A DNA stretch of 64,000 nucleotides from Trichoplax adhaerens (lineage: Eukaryota > Animalia > Placozoa): NCBI RefSeq assembly GCF_000150275.1, contig NW_002060960.1, forward strand, positions 696,469 through 760,468, written 5' to 3'. Within the stretch, counting starts at the first letter, position 1; the number at the start of each line of letters is the position of its first letter. The translations under genes were made by a program, and so were the position numbers. Under the pieces are notes generated by a model. It ran no database searches, was not told the DNA's origin, and worked only from the letters and a program-made list of their open reading frames with translations. Of this stretch, positions 61,723 through 64,000 are shown in pieces.

Positions 61723-64000
61723 TTTAGCAGTAGAAACAGCGTCGTAAAGGCACAGTTAAAGAAAAAAGCGAGAAGAAAAAATCAGAAAAGACTGAGCACT
61801 GCAAAAGTTTACAAATTCATTCTAGCATCGTATGACATCCAACTACTAGGCTTTGGAAAGGTAATAAATTATTTATTTTAATATTGTGGCTAGTAGTTAC
61901 AAAAATATAAGTTAGAAATTTTAGTACTGTAAATTATTCGTTCACTCATTTAAAATAAAGCATCCAGGGCGGAAAGCTGATGGTATTAATGCTACAGTAA
62001 TGTCCTTAGATATTCAGCATCTGAAATCTCTGTATTTGTTATCATATCATCATTACTCTGGACAATGACAGTATTGGTAGTATGAACTTGAAGAAAAATA
62101 TAAAATGAAGACAATAATTGTTCATTATAATTTCTTTTTTTTCTGAGCATGGGAATGATTACTTTTGTAATATAGCTATTGACACATATTAAAAATGCGA
62201 ATTATTCTTTAATTTTTAATTATCGGAAATGCATTATGAAAGATTGTCTTTGAAAAGAATCAAAACAATATCCGAATATTTATATTTTTATCTCTGTGAT
62301 TTATTTAAGACGATCGACATTTGTATAAAAAAAGAAAAGGAGAAATATACAGCTATAATAAACAACTTGAAGAACAAAAACGATCTACTTCATAAGATTG
62401 ATAATTTATTTACCTAAGCGCTTGATTGCTCATTGCTCGACTATGGATTTAAAATCACTAATAGAATCTATGTTCGTTATACTTGGCATTCTGTATGGAC
62501 GTACACTTTTTACTTTATAATTACAGGAATCCTTATTGTCAGGAATTGATTTTATTTCCTACATACTTCATGTGACCTTCTATTCATTAAATATTATATA
62601 ATTTAACGAATAATAAATTAAACTAATTTTCAGGATAGATTTGCTCCGGCTATACTAAACAACACCGCCAGTATAGACAATTTTATACTTTATAGTATAA
62701 TGGACTGGAATCTATTTGTAATTTATACTTAATTAATTGATTGACGGATTGATAAATTGAAATTGGTTTAAGTTTATTGAAGTAAATCAATGCCTTTGTT
62801 AAATCTTGCCTTTGATTTCATTTATCATACAATTCTAGTAGTTTACCAGATAATAAAAGTATTTTAAGATATTTCATATTAAACAATTCATATATTTACT
62901 TTCTTTGTTAACTATATTGGATGTCGAAATTGCAACATCTGACTAGCACACTCTTCAACGATAAATTTGGCAATTCATGTAATAGTGTCTTGTACGAGTA
63001 AACTGCTTCAGACTCTTGAGGAACAAATTTTTATTTGCTGAGCAAAAGGAAAAAGAAACCAAAAATATTAGAATAGAAGAGAATAAAGGTTCAGCTCGTA
63101 AAATTTGGAAGGAGAAATCCGAGGACGCAAAATGTACTTAGAATTAGTGCATTGCTAATAACTCAACTATAAACAGGATTGTGCCGAACGCGAGCACTTT
63201 ACTTTCATTTCTAACGAAATACCCTCTCCCTATAAAATCTGAAAAATAACCGTACAAGTACCGTATAGTATGGATTTTACTGAAGTAAATTAGTGTCCTA
63301 TATAATTATAAAATGTCCTATATTCAATTTCATGATATAGCGAATTTAATTTCTATACATAGATACTAGAATCAAGAAGATACACACTAGTTACGGTATA
63401 ATTACAAGCGCCAAAGCAGAAAGACCAACAGGCAGGTTTACTTGCAGCTATAGCCACTCTGTTAGCAGGCTAATAATATGTAGCCTTCGAATGCCTCATT
63501 ACGTATTAAATGTCACTTTTCTGATTCATTATTCTACAGAATATAAAGCAATTAAAATAATAATTGGCTTATGTCATCATGCAATGATTAGAATTGAATA
63601 AAACGCTGTATGCAGTTTCCATTATTACATGAGCAATTTGACTTCCTGATAAAGAAGCCCTTGTTCTACGTACTGATTTATGAATACTGCGAGGAGCAAT
63701 AGTCTGTAGTGTTTAATTCGTGGGCAACAAATAAAATGATTCCACGCTAATGCTATGTAATATGTAATTATAACCATAGGCTATATTATATTCGTCCACT
63801 GTGGTACATTCGCAGTTATCATAGAAAGGACATTTCTACCGTACGCAGAATAAGATTGTGTTATTATGCTATAATTTAATTAGCTGTTACTTTAGCTAAA
63901 GAAATCGTGATATTTACATAACTGATATAGACTGTCAATACCGAGTCAATTGCTAGCAAATCGATCGATGATAAAGCCTAAATATATTCAATCGATTATA

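Noticed and set aside
1790-62417. Remaining short (60-120 aa) ORFs in the track, including antisense and alternative-frame ORFs over annexin, ATP7, ABCA, GPCR and TPR exons
   Set aside because: No recognisable motifs. They are explained as shadows of real exons, exon-plus-intron read-through or random ORFs in AT-rich DNA.

Overview
AT-rich eukaryotic (animal) genomic DNA with short spliceosomal introns. The composition, 42-aa TPR gene, divergent intronless GPCRs and abundant ACAGT microsatellite suggest a placozoan (Trichoplax-like) genome, but that is inference. Seven protein-coding genes are supported: a rhodopsin-class GPCR (+, 2355-3668), an annexin with a long Pro/Ala-rich N-terminus (-, 4912-8057), an ATP7-type Cu+ P1B-ATPase (-, 13005-18032), two tandem ABCA5-group ABC transporters (+, 21110-30000 with its 5' end in an N gap, and 32017-44497), a GPCR with a Gln-rich third intracellular loop (+, 55691-57184) and an intronless TPR-array protein (-, 59557-61722). 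Non-coding features: two independent ~440-bp solo LTRs with perfect but different 5-bp target-site duplications (750-1189, 47552-47987), and two unusual tandem arrays between the divergent ATP7 and ABCA genes. One array is a hairpin-rich 92-bp unit with higher-order structure; the other is a constant 64-bp core separated by variable GTAC-microsatellite spacers. I could not demonstrate a new biological system. The best leads are the two arrays, the possible use of LTR copy 1 as a GPCR promoter, and the ATP7 with only one intact metal-binding domain. Exon boundaries and identities were read by eye.
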